Positions 48,960-58,636 of a stretch of DNA of 64,000 nt are shown here, in pieces (positions within the stretch are counted from its first letter, which is position 1; every line of letters begins with the position of its first letter). Both the position numbers and the translations under genes were made by a program. The notes beneath the pieces were generated by a model. That model ran no database searches. It was not told the origin of the DNA and saw only the letters and a list, made by a program, of their open reading frames with translations. Source of the DNA: Nitrosopumilus sp. GTDB lineage: Archaea > Thermoproteota > Nitrososphaeria > Nitrososphaerales > Nitrosopumilaceae. The DNA is taken from NCBI GenBank assembly GCA_963662625.1, contig OY759726.1, forward strand, positions 640,001 through 704,000, given 5' to 3'.

Positions 48960-49136
48960 GTTAGACTTACGTATGAAAGTGAGTATATAAAAGTGCATTG
49001 AAATCATTTCACACTATTGTCAACGTGTGCCACTCGGGCGGCGGCGCGGGCGGGATCCCACGTCCCGGGCGGCGGCCGGGGGCCGGCGATCGCCGGAGTC
49101 GGGCCGGCGCTCCCCCCGGCGCCGGATCCGGGCCCG

Positions 49137-49625
49137 GCAACCACGTGCGCCCCGGAAGAAGCCGGTTTCAGGTGGCGCCTGCCATAAGCGCGCCAGGAAG
49201 CAAACAAACGGACTGCCGGTACCGGCAAGGAAGCGTGGTCAACGCATCGTCTGTCCGTTCATTTTGGGCGTGACGGGTTCCCTTTTTGGGTACGGCGGCG
49301 GGCGTGGATTCGCCCACGATGCGTGTTTTGGCGGCTCACTGTCGGGCGATTTCATAAGGCGTTGGCTACGCGTGAAGGCTTCCGGGGCGGGGAACCGGCG
49401 CGCGGACGGCGGGGGGCGCTTCGCGGGGGCCGGCCTGCGCAAGGAATTCATGCGGGCGGCAGCGACGGGCCGGGAAGGAGAAGTGGCATGTAACGGGCGG
49501 GCCCGGGCCGGAGGCCGCCAGGATGGGGTTCTCCGCGATGCCGGGGAACGCGAGGCGCGTCCCGGAGTCCTAGCCGGCGCGGCACGGGACGTGCCGGCTT
49601 CCCGGGAACGGGGCCGGGCGTGGCG
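49137..49625 (+). mobile_element. IS110/IS1111-type left end plus decayed transposase N-terminus
   Basis: FAGAGLRKEFMRAAATGREG corresponds to VGTNLHEEFMQVAVMDREG at 59645-59700 and to the G(I)DLHK start typical of IS110 DEDD domains. Confidence 0.65.
49236..49368. mobile_element. Second copy of the ~132-bp MITE, inserted in the IS110 left end
   Basis: Absent from the homologous left end near 59750; imperfect terminal IRs. Confidence 0.7.
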
Positions 49626-49629
49626 TGGT

Positions 49630-50891
49630 TACGGTGTTAAGTATTGGACCACCTGGACTGCCTTGGCCTCCCCGTTGCCAAGCATGGCACGTACCGGCTC
49701 CCGCATCTCCCCCGTGCTGCCGTGCAGGACGTTGGACGTGCCGTGCCCGGTCCCCTCCCGCCGTGCCTCTGCCGGGTTCAGCTCCGGCGCGCGTGGGGGA
49801 AAGTACTCCAGCACCGCGTCGCCCCCGAACCCGGACAGCGCCCCTGCCACCTTCTTGGACTTGTGGGAGCTCGCGTTGTCCACGAGCATCACGAGCTTCC
49901 CGTGCAGGTACGAGAGAAAGTCCGTGAAGCTGTCGCCGCTTGCCTCGTCGCAGGACCTGCGGCCGGACCCGTTCCCGGACAGCGCCCCGAACGGGCAGGG
50001 CCTCTACCTGGGGAGGCTGACCGGCGTGGCGGCCTCCCCGCCCCTCGGGTACCAGCCGTTCCTGGCGTCCCGCCCGATTATGTGGGAGGGCTCGCCCCCG
50101 GCGAGGACGGCGTACCCCGGGGGCGTAGTAACGGCGTTAAGCATTGGACCACCTGGACTGCCTTGGCCTCCCCGTTGCCAAGCATGGCCCGGATCGGTGC
50201 CTGTATCCGCCCCACACAGTAGCGCATGGAGTCTGGCGCGCCGTGCCTGATCCAATTTTAATCACGGATACTGCGTACCCCCTGGCGATGCCAGCCGCTT
50301 TTTTTGAACTCGGCCTTCGCGCTTTCCGAGGCCGGTTTGGGGCGCCTGGGCCTGGGCTTCCTCCACGAGAAGCCCAGCCTCGCCAGTAGGTCGTACATGC
50401 CGCGGTCGCTGTACCGCACGCCGAACCTGTCCTGCACGTGCCGCACGACGAGCGGCGCGGTCCACGCCCCGGACTCCAGGCCGCACCTCCTGGGCCCGGC
50501 CACCAGGTCCGCCCTGAGCTCCCTGAGCTGGGAGGCGTCCAGCCTGCAGGGGGCGCCGGGCGGCGCCGCGTCGTGCCTGCCGGATATGCCGCCGCCCTCC
50601 ACGGCATGCAGGAGCCACCTGTGCACTGTGGCGTACGGCCTGTTGAGCAGCCTGCCCGTCTGGCGTATGGACCGGCCCTCCTTCCTGTGCATGTACGCCA
50701 GGAGCCTGGTGGCCGCCTTGGGGTCCTCCTCATCCCTGTGGCACTGCCGCAGGTATGACATGCGCGTGTTTGGGAGGAACATGCCTCCCGTGGGTATCGA
50801 TGACTTCATGGGGGCGGTGCGGGTTTCCACGTATTGGATCTTTTGGTCAGGGATTGTTGTCCGAGTTGTGATCCAATATCAATCACGGGTA
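49630..50891 (-). mobile_element. IS630-family element, disrupted by a nested 142-bp mini-copy (50129-50270)
   Basis: IRs TACGGTGTTAAGTATTGGACCA / TGATCCAATATCAATCACGGGTA, HTH ORF 50258-50830, A7 frameshift site, VDNASSHKS and APELNPAE motifs. Confidence 0.85.
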
Positions 50892-51591
50892 CTACGCCCC
50901 CCAACCCTCCGGCGGCGCGGCCCGTCGCCCAGCCGAGGAAGGCGCACGGGGCGGGCGCGGCGGTCCCGGCGGGCCTGCCCCGGGGCGGGCACGCCGCTGC
51001 GTGCCACGTCCCGGGCGGGGAGGCCGCGCGGGAGAGGCGGCTGGCCGGGCACCGGGCAAGGACGGCGCGGGAGAGGACGCGCTCCAAGAACCCGGCGCGC
51101 GGGATGCCCCCGCGAGGGCGGGCCGGGATCCCCGGGGCGCCGTTCTCGCGTGCGTGCGTGCGGGAGCTGCGCGGGCCGGGGGGCAGGGGGGCGTGGCGGG
51201 CGCCCCGGGACCGCCGGGTTCCCGGACGGGGGCGCCGCCGACTGCGACGCCGGGATCAATGCTGCGGCGGACGGGAACGCCCGGCTCCCCGCCGCGGTTA
51301 CCGGGGCGGCCGGGCGGGGTCCCCGGTGGCGGGGCCCGCGGGCGGCGTGCCTGGCGCGGGCCCCTGCCCGGTCTCTGCAAGGCCGTGCGGCGATCCCTCG
51401 CGCGCGGGATCGCGCGCGGCGCGTTCAATGCGCGCGGGAAGGGCGCTGGGGCCGCGGCCAAGGCGCGCCTTGGCCGGGATCGATCCCGCCTGCTTGCGCC
51501 CGGCTCCGCGGTGCTGGGCTTTGCGTTGACCTCTAGTCAGCTGGCCGGCAAGGAACCCACGTTTAACTCTGGAAGTGGCCCGGTATGGGTG

Positions 51592-52155
51592 ATGGGCAAA
51601 AAACGCCACGGTGAGATCATGCGGGTTTTGGGCGCCGAATGCGGATTTGCCGCGGCCATGAGCAGCGGCTTTGCCATGTTCGCGATCATGCTTTCGCTGA
51701 CCATATCTTACTATCAGATTGACGTGTGGGCCCTGACGGCAATCATGATCGGGGTATCGTTCGCTTGCGTTCTGGCCAGGGTGGGCCTGTTCGCGTCATG
51801 CCCCTCAATCTACAAGCCCAGAGAAGTGATCAGGCCGGTATTAGTCCTGATGGTCTTGCCCGTCATGGGCGGGGGCGCGCTGGGGATAGCGGCAGGCTAT
51901 TGGTACAACTACCACCCCGGAAACGCATTGTGCGAAAAGGTGGAAGGTGCAGGATCGGATCCGCTCGGCGAGGAATATGTCGAGCTTGGGCCGCCCGGCG
52001 AAAGATTGGCGGGCGGGTGCGCAGACTTTAGGGATGGCGCGCGGCCGTTTCTCAATGCGGTACTAATTCCGGTTTCGATGCTGCTCGCGTTTCCATCGCT
52101 TGCCTCGCGCGGGACTTTGGTGCTGCCAGAAGGCGGCGGCCAGGAATCCGCGTGA
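51592..52155 (+). CDS. Hypothetical membrane protein, about 4 TM
   Basis: ATG 51592 after TTTAA, hydrophobic segments, lower GC. Confidence 0.7.
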   Translation: MGKKRHGEIMRVLGAECGFAAAMSSGFAMFAIMLSLTISYYQIDVWALTAIMIGVSFACVLARVGLFASCPSIYKPREVIRPVLVLMVLPVMGGGALGIAAGYWYNYHPGNALCEKVEGAGSDPLGEEYVELGPPGERLAGGCADFRDGARPFLNAVLIPVSMLLAFPSLASRGTLVLPEGGGQESA

Positions 52156-52186
52156 AGGGCGCTGCGCGGTGCCGCCCCTCGGTTTT

Positions 52187-52291
52187 GCGCCTTCTACGGA
52201 GTGTTTTTGCGGTGTGCGCCAGCAGGAGGCGTACCAGTATTCCGTCGCACAGGACTGGCGCCTTCTACGGAGTGTTTTTGCGGTGTGCGCC
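52187..52291. repeat. Two exact 34-bp direct repeats separated by 37 bp
   Basis: GCGCCTTCTACGGAGTGTTTTTGCGGTGTGCGCC at 52187-52220 and 52258-52291. Confidence 0.9.
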
Positions 52292-52305
52292 GGGGTTTGA
52301 TAATG

Positions 52306-52404
52306 ACGGGGCGCGAAGACGGAGATCCCGGCAAGGCGCAAGAGGAATGCGGCCGGGACGGCCACGCCGATCAAGGGAACCCCGACGGCGGCGAATGCGG
52401 CTGG
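52306..52404 (+). pseudogene. Decayed copy of the 33-aa acidic ORF at 55987-56088
   Basis: Start ATG>ACG, stop TAG>TGG, TATA TTTTTATA>TTTTTGCG. Confidence 0.75.
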
Positions 52405-52800
52405 CCGGCGGCCGGCGCCCCCCGCATTTTTCCCTGGCCTAAACGCGCAAGTCCGGGCCCGCGCCGGATTCGTTCCCGGGGGGTGGGCCCGCACGGCACG
52501 GGGGGCCGGGCGGCGACTTTAACCCAACAGATCTAATGAGATTTTGTTTGGTGGCCGGAACTGCAAAAAAAAAACAATGTGATTTGAAATGCGGTTTATT
52601 TGATCTTCGGAGTTCCGGCGCATTGCCGGCCGTGGCCGCAGGTAGATCACATTAGGTAGCTTATCATACCGTCGATAACGTGCCTGAGTGATCACTTGTG
52701 ATCACTTTTTCACGCCTAGGTGATCTACCTAGCGTGAAATTTTCGGTTATTTACCCCTTATTGACCCCCAAAAAGCAAATAGCAGGCGTGTTAATTTCTA

Positions 52801-53587
52801 TATGCGCTGATCCGGAACGGCCCGCGCATCGCGCCGCGGGCGCGCCCCGTCACGCTTGTCGCGGCCGGTTTCGCGATCCTCACCCCCGTGATCTCCCGCA
52901 CGGCCCCCGCCGCCTTCCCGAACGGGACGGCCGCGTGGCGCAGCGCGGCCACCGCGGCCACCGCGTTCCTGCCGCAGCTCCCGCGCGCCGGGAGGCCGCT
53001 TGGCGCCACGTGCCCCCTGCCGCACTTGGGGCACGCGGCGGTCTGGACGGCGCGGCGCGTCTCCGTCACGGTAACCTCAAAGCCCGGCATGTCCCGCGTG
53101 GCGGGCCTGCCCGGCACGGTCCTGCGGCCGCACCGGCCGCACCCGGGCGGGACGCCCCCCTCGAACCCGTGGCGCACCGTGCGCCCCGGCGCGTGCCCGC
53201 GGGACGCCCCGCGGTGCCCCGGCTGCCCGCCGGGCTTCCCCGCGGGGGCCCTGCCGCCGCCCCCCTCCGGAGCCGCCTTCCGGGCCTTCCTCCTCGCCCG
53301 CCTGGCTTCCTTCCATCCCGGCGACTTGGCCGACGGCGGGGAGTGGGCGTTCCCGGGGTACGCGAGGCGGGCCCGGGGCCTCCTGGTTTCTGCCACCGCC
53401 TCCTTGTTCACTGCCACCACCTCCTCGTATTTTGGCTTGATCGAGCCGGCATCGCCGGGCGCCCGTGCCAGCATGCCCTCCAGCTGCCTGGCCGTTCTGC
53501 GCCTTGCCACGCACGGACTGGCACCTACCGCCATAAGGATCAGCATGATCGCGCCTTGCTGGTTAAAGGGTCAGCATACGTGACCTC
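52801..53587 (-). mobile_element. Truncated, decayed IS66-family element (transposase N-terminal half)
   Basis: NAHSPPS, GGQPGHRG, CGRCG and CPKCG Zn finger, HTH region; imperfect end repeats GCTGA(C/T)CC. Confidence 0.8.
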
Positions 53588-54082
53588 ATACGAGCCGTCA
53601 GTAGCAATTAATTTAAGGCATGCGTTCCTAAACATCATATGGATAAAATCACAAAATCAGATTCAGCCAGAATTCAATCCCACGCAGCCAAGACCGGCAC
53701 CAACGCCGGTTTTGCGCGGAGAGCGCAGTCTGCAGCCGACAAAAACCAATAATTCGCGATCTAGCGCGGGTTGATGGCGGCGCGCCGCGCCTGCTGGGGG
53801 CGTTTTTTTTTTTTTTTTTTTTTTGATGCTACGGCGGCCCCGCCCGGGGTGGCGCCCGCGGATAATTTCGCATCCCGAATGGCCGTACGGCAGCCCGTCG
53901 CATGACCCGGCACGATCCACGGGCCATGGCCTAGGCGGGCAAAACGGCAATATTGAGGCGCGCCCCAGACACCTCGGAATGCATCGCGTCATGTGGACCG
54001 GGGGCGGGGGACGCCGCGCCGGCCACAGTCCCCCGGCTGCCGGACCGCGCGCCACGCGGGGTTCTAGGGGATGAGGCCCAAG

Positions 54083-54649
54083 ATGGCAGACTACAAGACA
54101 CACTACCCGGCCTCCGTAAGGCTGTACGGCGATCCCCGCGCACGCAAGATCACGTACGACGACAACCAGGACAGGGTACTTGTCACCGAAGTCAGCTCGC
54201 CACTCCAGACACTGGAGTCGATCTTCCTGCGGGAGGGCTTTTCCCGTACCATGCTTGAAGAAAAAAAGCGGGGCCAGATATCGCAGGGGCTGGTAAAGCG
54301 CCTGACTGCCGACTGGGACATGCACGTCCGGTTCATTCGGCTGCACCGGGGGAGCATCGCGGTCGACGCTGAGGTCGAGACGTCAAGGGAATACCTGGAA
54401 CACCTTGGCGGAAGGTGGATCTCCGTGATTTACGAGGTGATCGAGATCCTTCAAAGGAACGGGCTGGAGTGCGCGATATGGCACAAGCGCGCACGCAGGT
54501 ATGTCAGCAGCATACTCAGAGACGGAAGGCTGGGGCTCGACTGGACGTCCGGAAAAACAGAATGGAAGCCGGCGGTAGCCGGCGCTGCGGCCGGCGCCGC
54601 CGTTGGCATAATAATTGGCCTGCTGTTGAACCTCCGAGAAGACGAGTGA
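54083..54649 (+). CDS. Hypothetical protein with a C-terminal membrane anchor
   Basis: Clean ORF with C-terminal TM AVAGAAAGAAVGIIIGLLL; homologous to 2290-2796. Confidence 0.75.
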   Translation: MADYKTHYPASVRLYGDPRARKITYDDNQDRVLVTEVSSPLQTLESIFLREGFSRTMLEEKKRGQISQGLVKRLTADWDMHVRFIRLHRGSIAVDAEVETSREYLEHLGGRWISVIYEVIEILQRNGLECAIWHKRARRYVSSILRDGRLGLDWTSGKTEWKPAVAGAAAGAAVGIIIGLLLNLREDE

Positions 54650-55157
54650 TCCACGGGTTCAAGGCACGCGGCCCCGTTCCGCGAGGCCGGCTCGCGCTAG
54701 CTGGGCCACGCAGGAATAAAGCGCTGGAACCATGGCGGCGATCAAGGGCCCCTGGCGCCGCGTGCACCGTGCTGGATCCTGGTGCACACCTCCGCCGTCC
54801 ACGGGCGCCACGGCCGTTCCGGTTTTGGCCCCCCGGCATGCTCCCTTCTGCACGCCGTCCCGGGATCTTCCGGCGCCGTCGCGGCCGTGCCCTGCCCGGG
54901 ACGCCGCGATCAAAATCTGTTTCGGTCTGGCAAATTGATCTCATGGACTTATGCCCGGCGCTATACTAGGCCTTGGCTGGCACCGCCCCATCGTACTCAG
55001 CTCCAGAGTGGTGGGTGCAGGCACGCGGCCCCGCGTTCGGTTGCGTGAAACAAGCCTCCTTGGGCCATGGTAACGCGAGACCGCACGCCGTGCGTCATGT
55101 ACCGGATGGCCCATAGATTTACAATAGGATTGTAGTGAAGGGAATCGCCGGTTGGCC

Positions 55158-55667
55158 CTATGCTCCTCTGAAACCAAGCGTGATGAAAAATGCAACAAAT
55201 AGCACCAAACCTATAAAAAATATAAAATTGATCATATTCAAGAGCCTCGCCTTTGACTTAATCTCATCTTCGGCACTCTTTAAGCACTTTACGTATTCGT
55301 CAATTATCGCTTCATGGTAATCCTCTTTCGCAGATTCTGTCCAGCTTTTGATCACGCCAAAATCCGTTTTGGAGCCTTTCATCATGTGCGTGCCCAGCAG
55401 CACGGTTTGTTGAGATTCTGCCCCGTTTGAGTATATGCAAATTATTATCGTAAGGAACATTAGAAGCGAGCCTATCGCCAGCAGGTTAAGTGAACTGTCC
55501 AATTGGAATCCTTCTGGTGCGGCAAGCGAACCATAAAACCCAATCATAACAGTTGCAATAATTCCTGACACCATCATCATGTCTTTCGTTTTTTTGGTCA
55601 GACTTTCTGATGCCTTCTCCCTTCTTTCATATTCCAACCTCAGCTCTTCAATAAACTCCTCGTTCAT
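55158..55667 (-). CDS. Hypothetical 3-TM membrane protein
   Basis: Low-GC ORF with N-terminal helix, 2 TM, loop and C-terminal TM. Confidence 0.75.
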   Translation of the reverse strand: MNEEFIEELRLEYERREKASESLTKKTKDMMMVSGIIATVMIGFYGSLAAPEGFQLDSSLNLLAIGSLLMFLTIIICIYSNGAESQQTVLLGTHMMKGSKTDFGVIKSWTESAKEDYHEAIIDEYVKCLKSAEDEIKSKARLLNMINFIFFIGLVLFVAFFITLGFRGA

Positions 55668-55688
55668 CGCCTGCAACCTCGACAACTC

Positions 55689-55697
55689 TTTTATAAA
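55689..55697. promoter_or_regulatory. Likely bidirectional TATA box
   Basis: TTTTATAAA sits about 20-22 nt from divergent ATGs at 55667 (-) and 55717 (+). Confidence 0.55.
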
Positions 55698-55716
55698 TCA
55701 ACGCGCAATTATCCAC

Positions 55717-55830
55717 ATGGTTGAAGACAGTGACGATAACCTTGGTAAGCCTATACGCGTGGGAGGTAAAATCAAGCGCGCGTGGTTCTCAGAGGAAAGC
55801 TCCTCAGACTCTTCGGATGACGAAGAGTAA
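55717..55830 (+). CDS. Small acidic protein, 37 aa
   Basis: MVEDSDDNLGKPIRVGGKIKRAWFSEESSSDSSDDEE, followed by a T-run. Confidence 0.5.
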   Translation: MVEDSDDNLGKPIRVGGKIKRAWFSEESSSDSSDDEE

Positions 55831-55986
55831 TCTTATTTTTTTGAACACATAGCTACCCCGGCGCAGTCGCCCCGATGGACCGGCCCCTGTGCCGTGTGGG
55901 CCTGGCGCCCCTGGGCATGAATCTAGCGCGGGCCTGAACTTGTACGTCTAGGCTAGGGTAAAAAATGCAGGAGCGATGAATGCCGG

Positions 55987-56088
55987 CTACTTGTCGTATT
56001 CATCATTGTTGGGATTCTCTTGATCAGCGTGGTTGTCTTGATCGTATTCCTCTTGCGTCTTGTCAGGATCTCCGTCTTGGTGTCCCAT
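55987..56088 (-). CDS. Small acidic protein, 33 aa
   Basis: MGHQDGDPDKTQEEYDQDNHADQENPNNDEYDK*. TTTTTATA upstream and T-run downstream; decayed paralog at 52306. Confidence 0.55.
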   Translation of the reverse strand: MGHQDGDPDKTQEEYDQDNHADQENPNNDEYDK

Positions 56089-56428
56089 TCTTATCAAACC
56101 ATTGTGCCGCACTCCCCTATAAAAACACTCCAGCGAGAAAGCGCAAGATTAAGAGGCGATACCGCGCAGCGCCGAGCACTTCACGCGGATTCCCGGCTGC
56201 CGCCCTCTGGCAGCACCAAAGTCCCGCGCGAGGCAAGCGATGGAAACGCGAGCAGCATCGAAACCGGAATTAGTACCGCATTGAGAAACGGCCGCGCGCC
56301 AGGCCCTCCAAAAACCGCAGGGCGAAACTTGCATAAATCGCCATCGACTTGCTCTGCAAAAACGGCAACCTGGGTTTAATCTGAAGAAACTTGGCGGCGT
56401 CCTGGGTTATTCCATACTATCTGGATTC

Positions 56429-56773
56429 ATGCTCTCCATCCTGATATTTGCAGGAATTGACGCGTCGGAAACTGGAATGGCGATCGCCCTGTTGGAGGCT
56501 GTTGCGGGTGTCCCGGGTTCTCACCACCCTTACCTCGTGCCGATCATTGCAATATTCTTAACAGTTGGCGAGGCCGTAGTGATCGTAATCAGCATAAGGC
56601 GCATATATGAACACGGATATGCTGGTGCGGTTGTTTCTGGCATGGGGTTCTTTGGGACGTTGTCGGTATTTGGGGGGGCGGTGGAGGATGTCCAAGCTTT
56701 GACTTACGCGGGGATCGCCATGTGGGCTGTGGGTTGCATTGCGGTTAGGCTCGATGGGCGCAGCGGCAACTAA
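56429..56773 (+). CDS. Small membrane protein (true start may be upstream)
   Basis: Several TM segments; frame open upstream. Confidence 0.65.
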   Translation: MLSILIFAGIDASETGMAIALLEAVAGVPGSHHPYLVPIIAIFLTVGEAVVIVISIRRIYEHGYAGAVVSGMGFFGTLSVFGGAVEDVQALTYAGIAMWAVGCIAVRLDGRSGN

Positions 56774-57218
56774 AAGCTCGTGTGGATCCGAGGAAGGCAA
56801 TTTCCTGACGCTGCGGGACTTTGGGATCCAAGCGGCCGCCTGAAATCCCGGCCGGGGGCGATGGCACGGGCCCCGCGCGGCCCTCCCACAAGAGCATCGG
56901 GGGCGGGATACGATGCCGCGGGGCCTGCCCGGGCATGTCCGGCACCACTGCGGGGAGAGGCTGCGCGGATCGCGTCACATGGATGGCTGCGGGGTGCCGC
57001 CGCTTGCGTGTGGGCTAAGATGGGACACAAAATCGATCAGGAAAGGCAGCCCCGAATGGGGAGGGACGCCCACTGGTAGGCGGGATAATTTTCGTGCCCT
57101 ACAGATCGCTTCATGCTGAGCCACGGTCAAATATGCTTTAAAAAAAATCTTATTCACTCCCGTGTGTCTTAATCAGCAACATAATTGCAGTATTTTGGCA
57201 TAAACGAAGGATGGCAGC

Positions 57219-57893
57219 GTGTTGAAAGGATCAAAACAGCCAAAGTGGCAGATTCCAACAGATAAGCTGGCATTAGGGGCAGCGCATTCCCTCCGCAACG
57301 CCGGCAGGCTATCGCAAGATGCCAAATTATTGTTTAAATCTGGGAGTTACGCGTCGTGCGTATCACTGGCGGTTTTGGCGTTGGAAGAGCTAGGAAAAAT
57401 GTTTTTGTTGCTACATGTAATCCAAACCAAATCTGAGATAACACAAAAAAAGTGGGACGATAAATTCAAGGATCACCGAAAGAAAATACGGTTCATAACT
57501 GAATATTTACAAATGTGTTACAACAACAATCCGCATGAAGACATTTACAAATTATCCAGGCGGTTGGAGAGGTTGGGAGAGGAAAAAACAAAGGCATTTT
57601 ATGTGGACTGGGATAACGGCGCCGGCAAGTGGAGGTATTATGACAGGCACGAGCCCGATAAGCAAAAAATCGCAGAATATGCTTTGAAATACTGTGAAAA
57701 ACTTGTCGTCATCTCAAACAAGATTTTTGACGAAGACGACTCTGGCGATCCTGAAGAAATAATAAAGCTGTTCCGATCAGGAAAAGCCTATGCCTTTTGC
57801 AAAAACTGCGGATTATGCATGATGACGCCGACGGAATTAAAGTGGCATGGCGGACTCTGCGGCATCAACCTAAATTGGCACAAACTGAACTAA
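57219..57893 (+). CDS. AbiV-family (HEPN) abortive infection protein with a C-terminal Cys cluster
   Basis: NAxRLxxDAxLL, ALEELGK, HxxK and FYVD motifs. Confidence 0.85.
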   Translation: MLKGSKQPKWQIPTDKLALGAAHSLRNAGRLSQDAKLLFKSGSYASCVSLAVLALEELGKMFLLLHVIQTKSEITQKKWDDKFKDHRKKIRFITEYLQMCYNNNPHEDIYKLSRRLERLGEEKTKAFYVDWDNGAGKWRYYDRHEPDKQKIAEYALKYCEKLVVISNKIFDEDDSGDPEEIIKLFRSGKAYAFCKNCGLCMMTPTELKWHGGLCGINLNWHKLN

Positions 57894-57914
57894 AGCTTTT
57901 TCAGAACTGCTCTT

Positions 57915-58316
57915 GTAAGAGTTACCCCCATGCCGCCAGGGTAGCGCCTGACAGCAGGTCCCTGAACGCCTGGCAGACGTTCTGCCCCCTCCCGCGCCAG
58001 GCCGTCATGCGGGCCATCAGGATCCCGAACGCACCCGTCCCGTCCTCGGTCTTGAGGGAGTGCCTTGTCTTCCTGGCTATCGCCGACGGCCTCAGGCTGC
58101 GCTAGGCCAGGTTGTTTGTGGATCCCATGCCCGGGCGGGGCAGGAACGTGAACGGGTGGGGGGCGGCCCGCCCAGGCGTCGCGCCGAACCGGCACCCCGC
58201 CCGCGAGCACTCCCCGGCGGGCCGGGACGCATCCCCCGCCATGCCGCCGTGCCGCTTCCTGTCGTCCGGGCCCGGCTCCAGGGCCTTGGCCCTGTGGGTA
58301 GGGGGTAACCTCTTAC
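57915..58316 (-). mobile_element. 402-bp internally deleted IS66 derivative
   Basis: TIRs GTAAGAGTTACCCC / GGGGTAACCTCTTAC, 8-bp target duplication CTGCTCTT, relic TNNLA*RSLRP..IARK motif. Confidence 0.9.
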
Positions 58317-58636
58317 CTGCTCTTTTGCCAACTCGTACTTGGAGTATGTCTACAGTGGCGATCATTGAAAACCCCGGATGGGACGGTGCGGGAGCCTGCA
58401 GGCGTCCGGTTCTACCGAGCGCGTCCTGAAATACCCTGAAACTACACGCTTCAGGCCCGACAGCGTCTCGCATAGCAGCGATCAAAAGTTCTTGAGCGCC
58501 AAGGACTTCCTGTCGGCATGCCCCGTCACGTCAAGCCCGGCGGGGGGCGTCCCCGGGTATTCAGACAGGGCGGCGGGCGCCTTCGCGGGGGCGGGATCGG
58601 GCGCGTTTACCTTTACTGACAACCCGAAAGCGGTGA

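Larger units (their letters stand above)
41570..48994. repeat. ~7.4-kb direct repeat of 12424-19842, including leader ORF and promoter
   Basis: Offset about 29146 nt. Alternate-frame ORFs in the track are almost all identical across the central ~4.9 kb. Confidence 0.95.
52035..52510. repeat. Inverted duplicate of about 55878-56301
   Basis: First ~120 bp are near-identical; the remainder has diverged almost only by A>G/T>C. Confidence 0.85.

Noticed and set aside
41570-48994. RIP-like repeat-induced hypermutation as the cause of A:T to G:C decay
   Set aside because: The 7.4-kb B/C duplicate is almost unmutated and unique spacers are also GC-extreme, so a general bias fits better
52187-52291. 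Mini-CRISPR (34-bp repeats, 37-bp spacer)
   Set aside because: Only two repeats and no cas genes. The repeat corresponds to the decayed promoter region of the duplicated acidic ORF.
56784-57120. Shared ncRNA with the reverse complement of 62680-62910
   Set aside because: Only short motif matches (GGGACTTTGGG, CGCCCAC..AGGCG); too weak to call without alignment statistics
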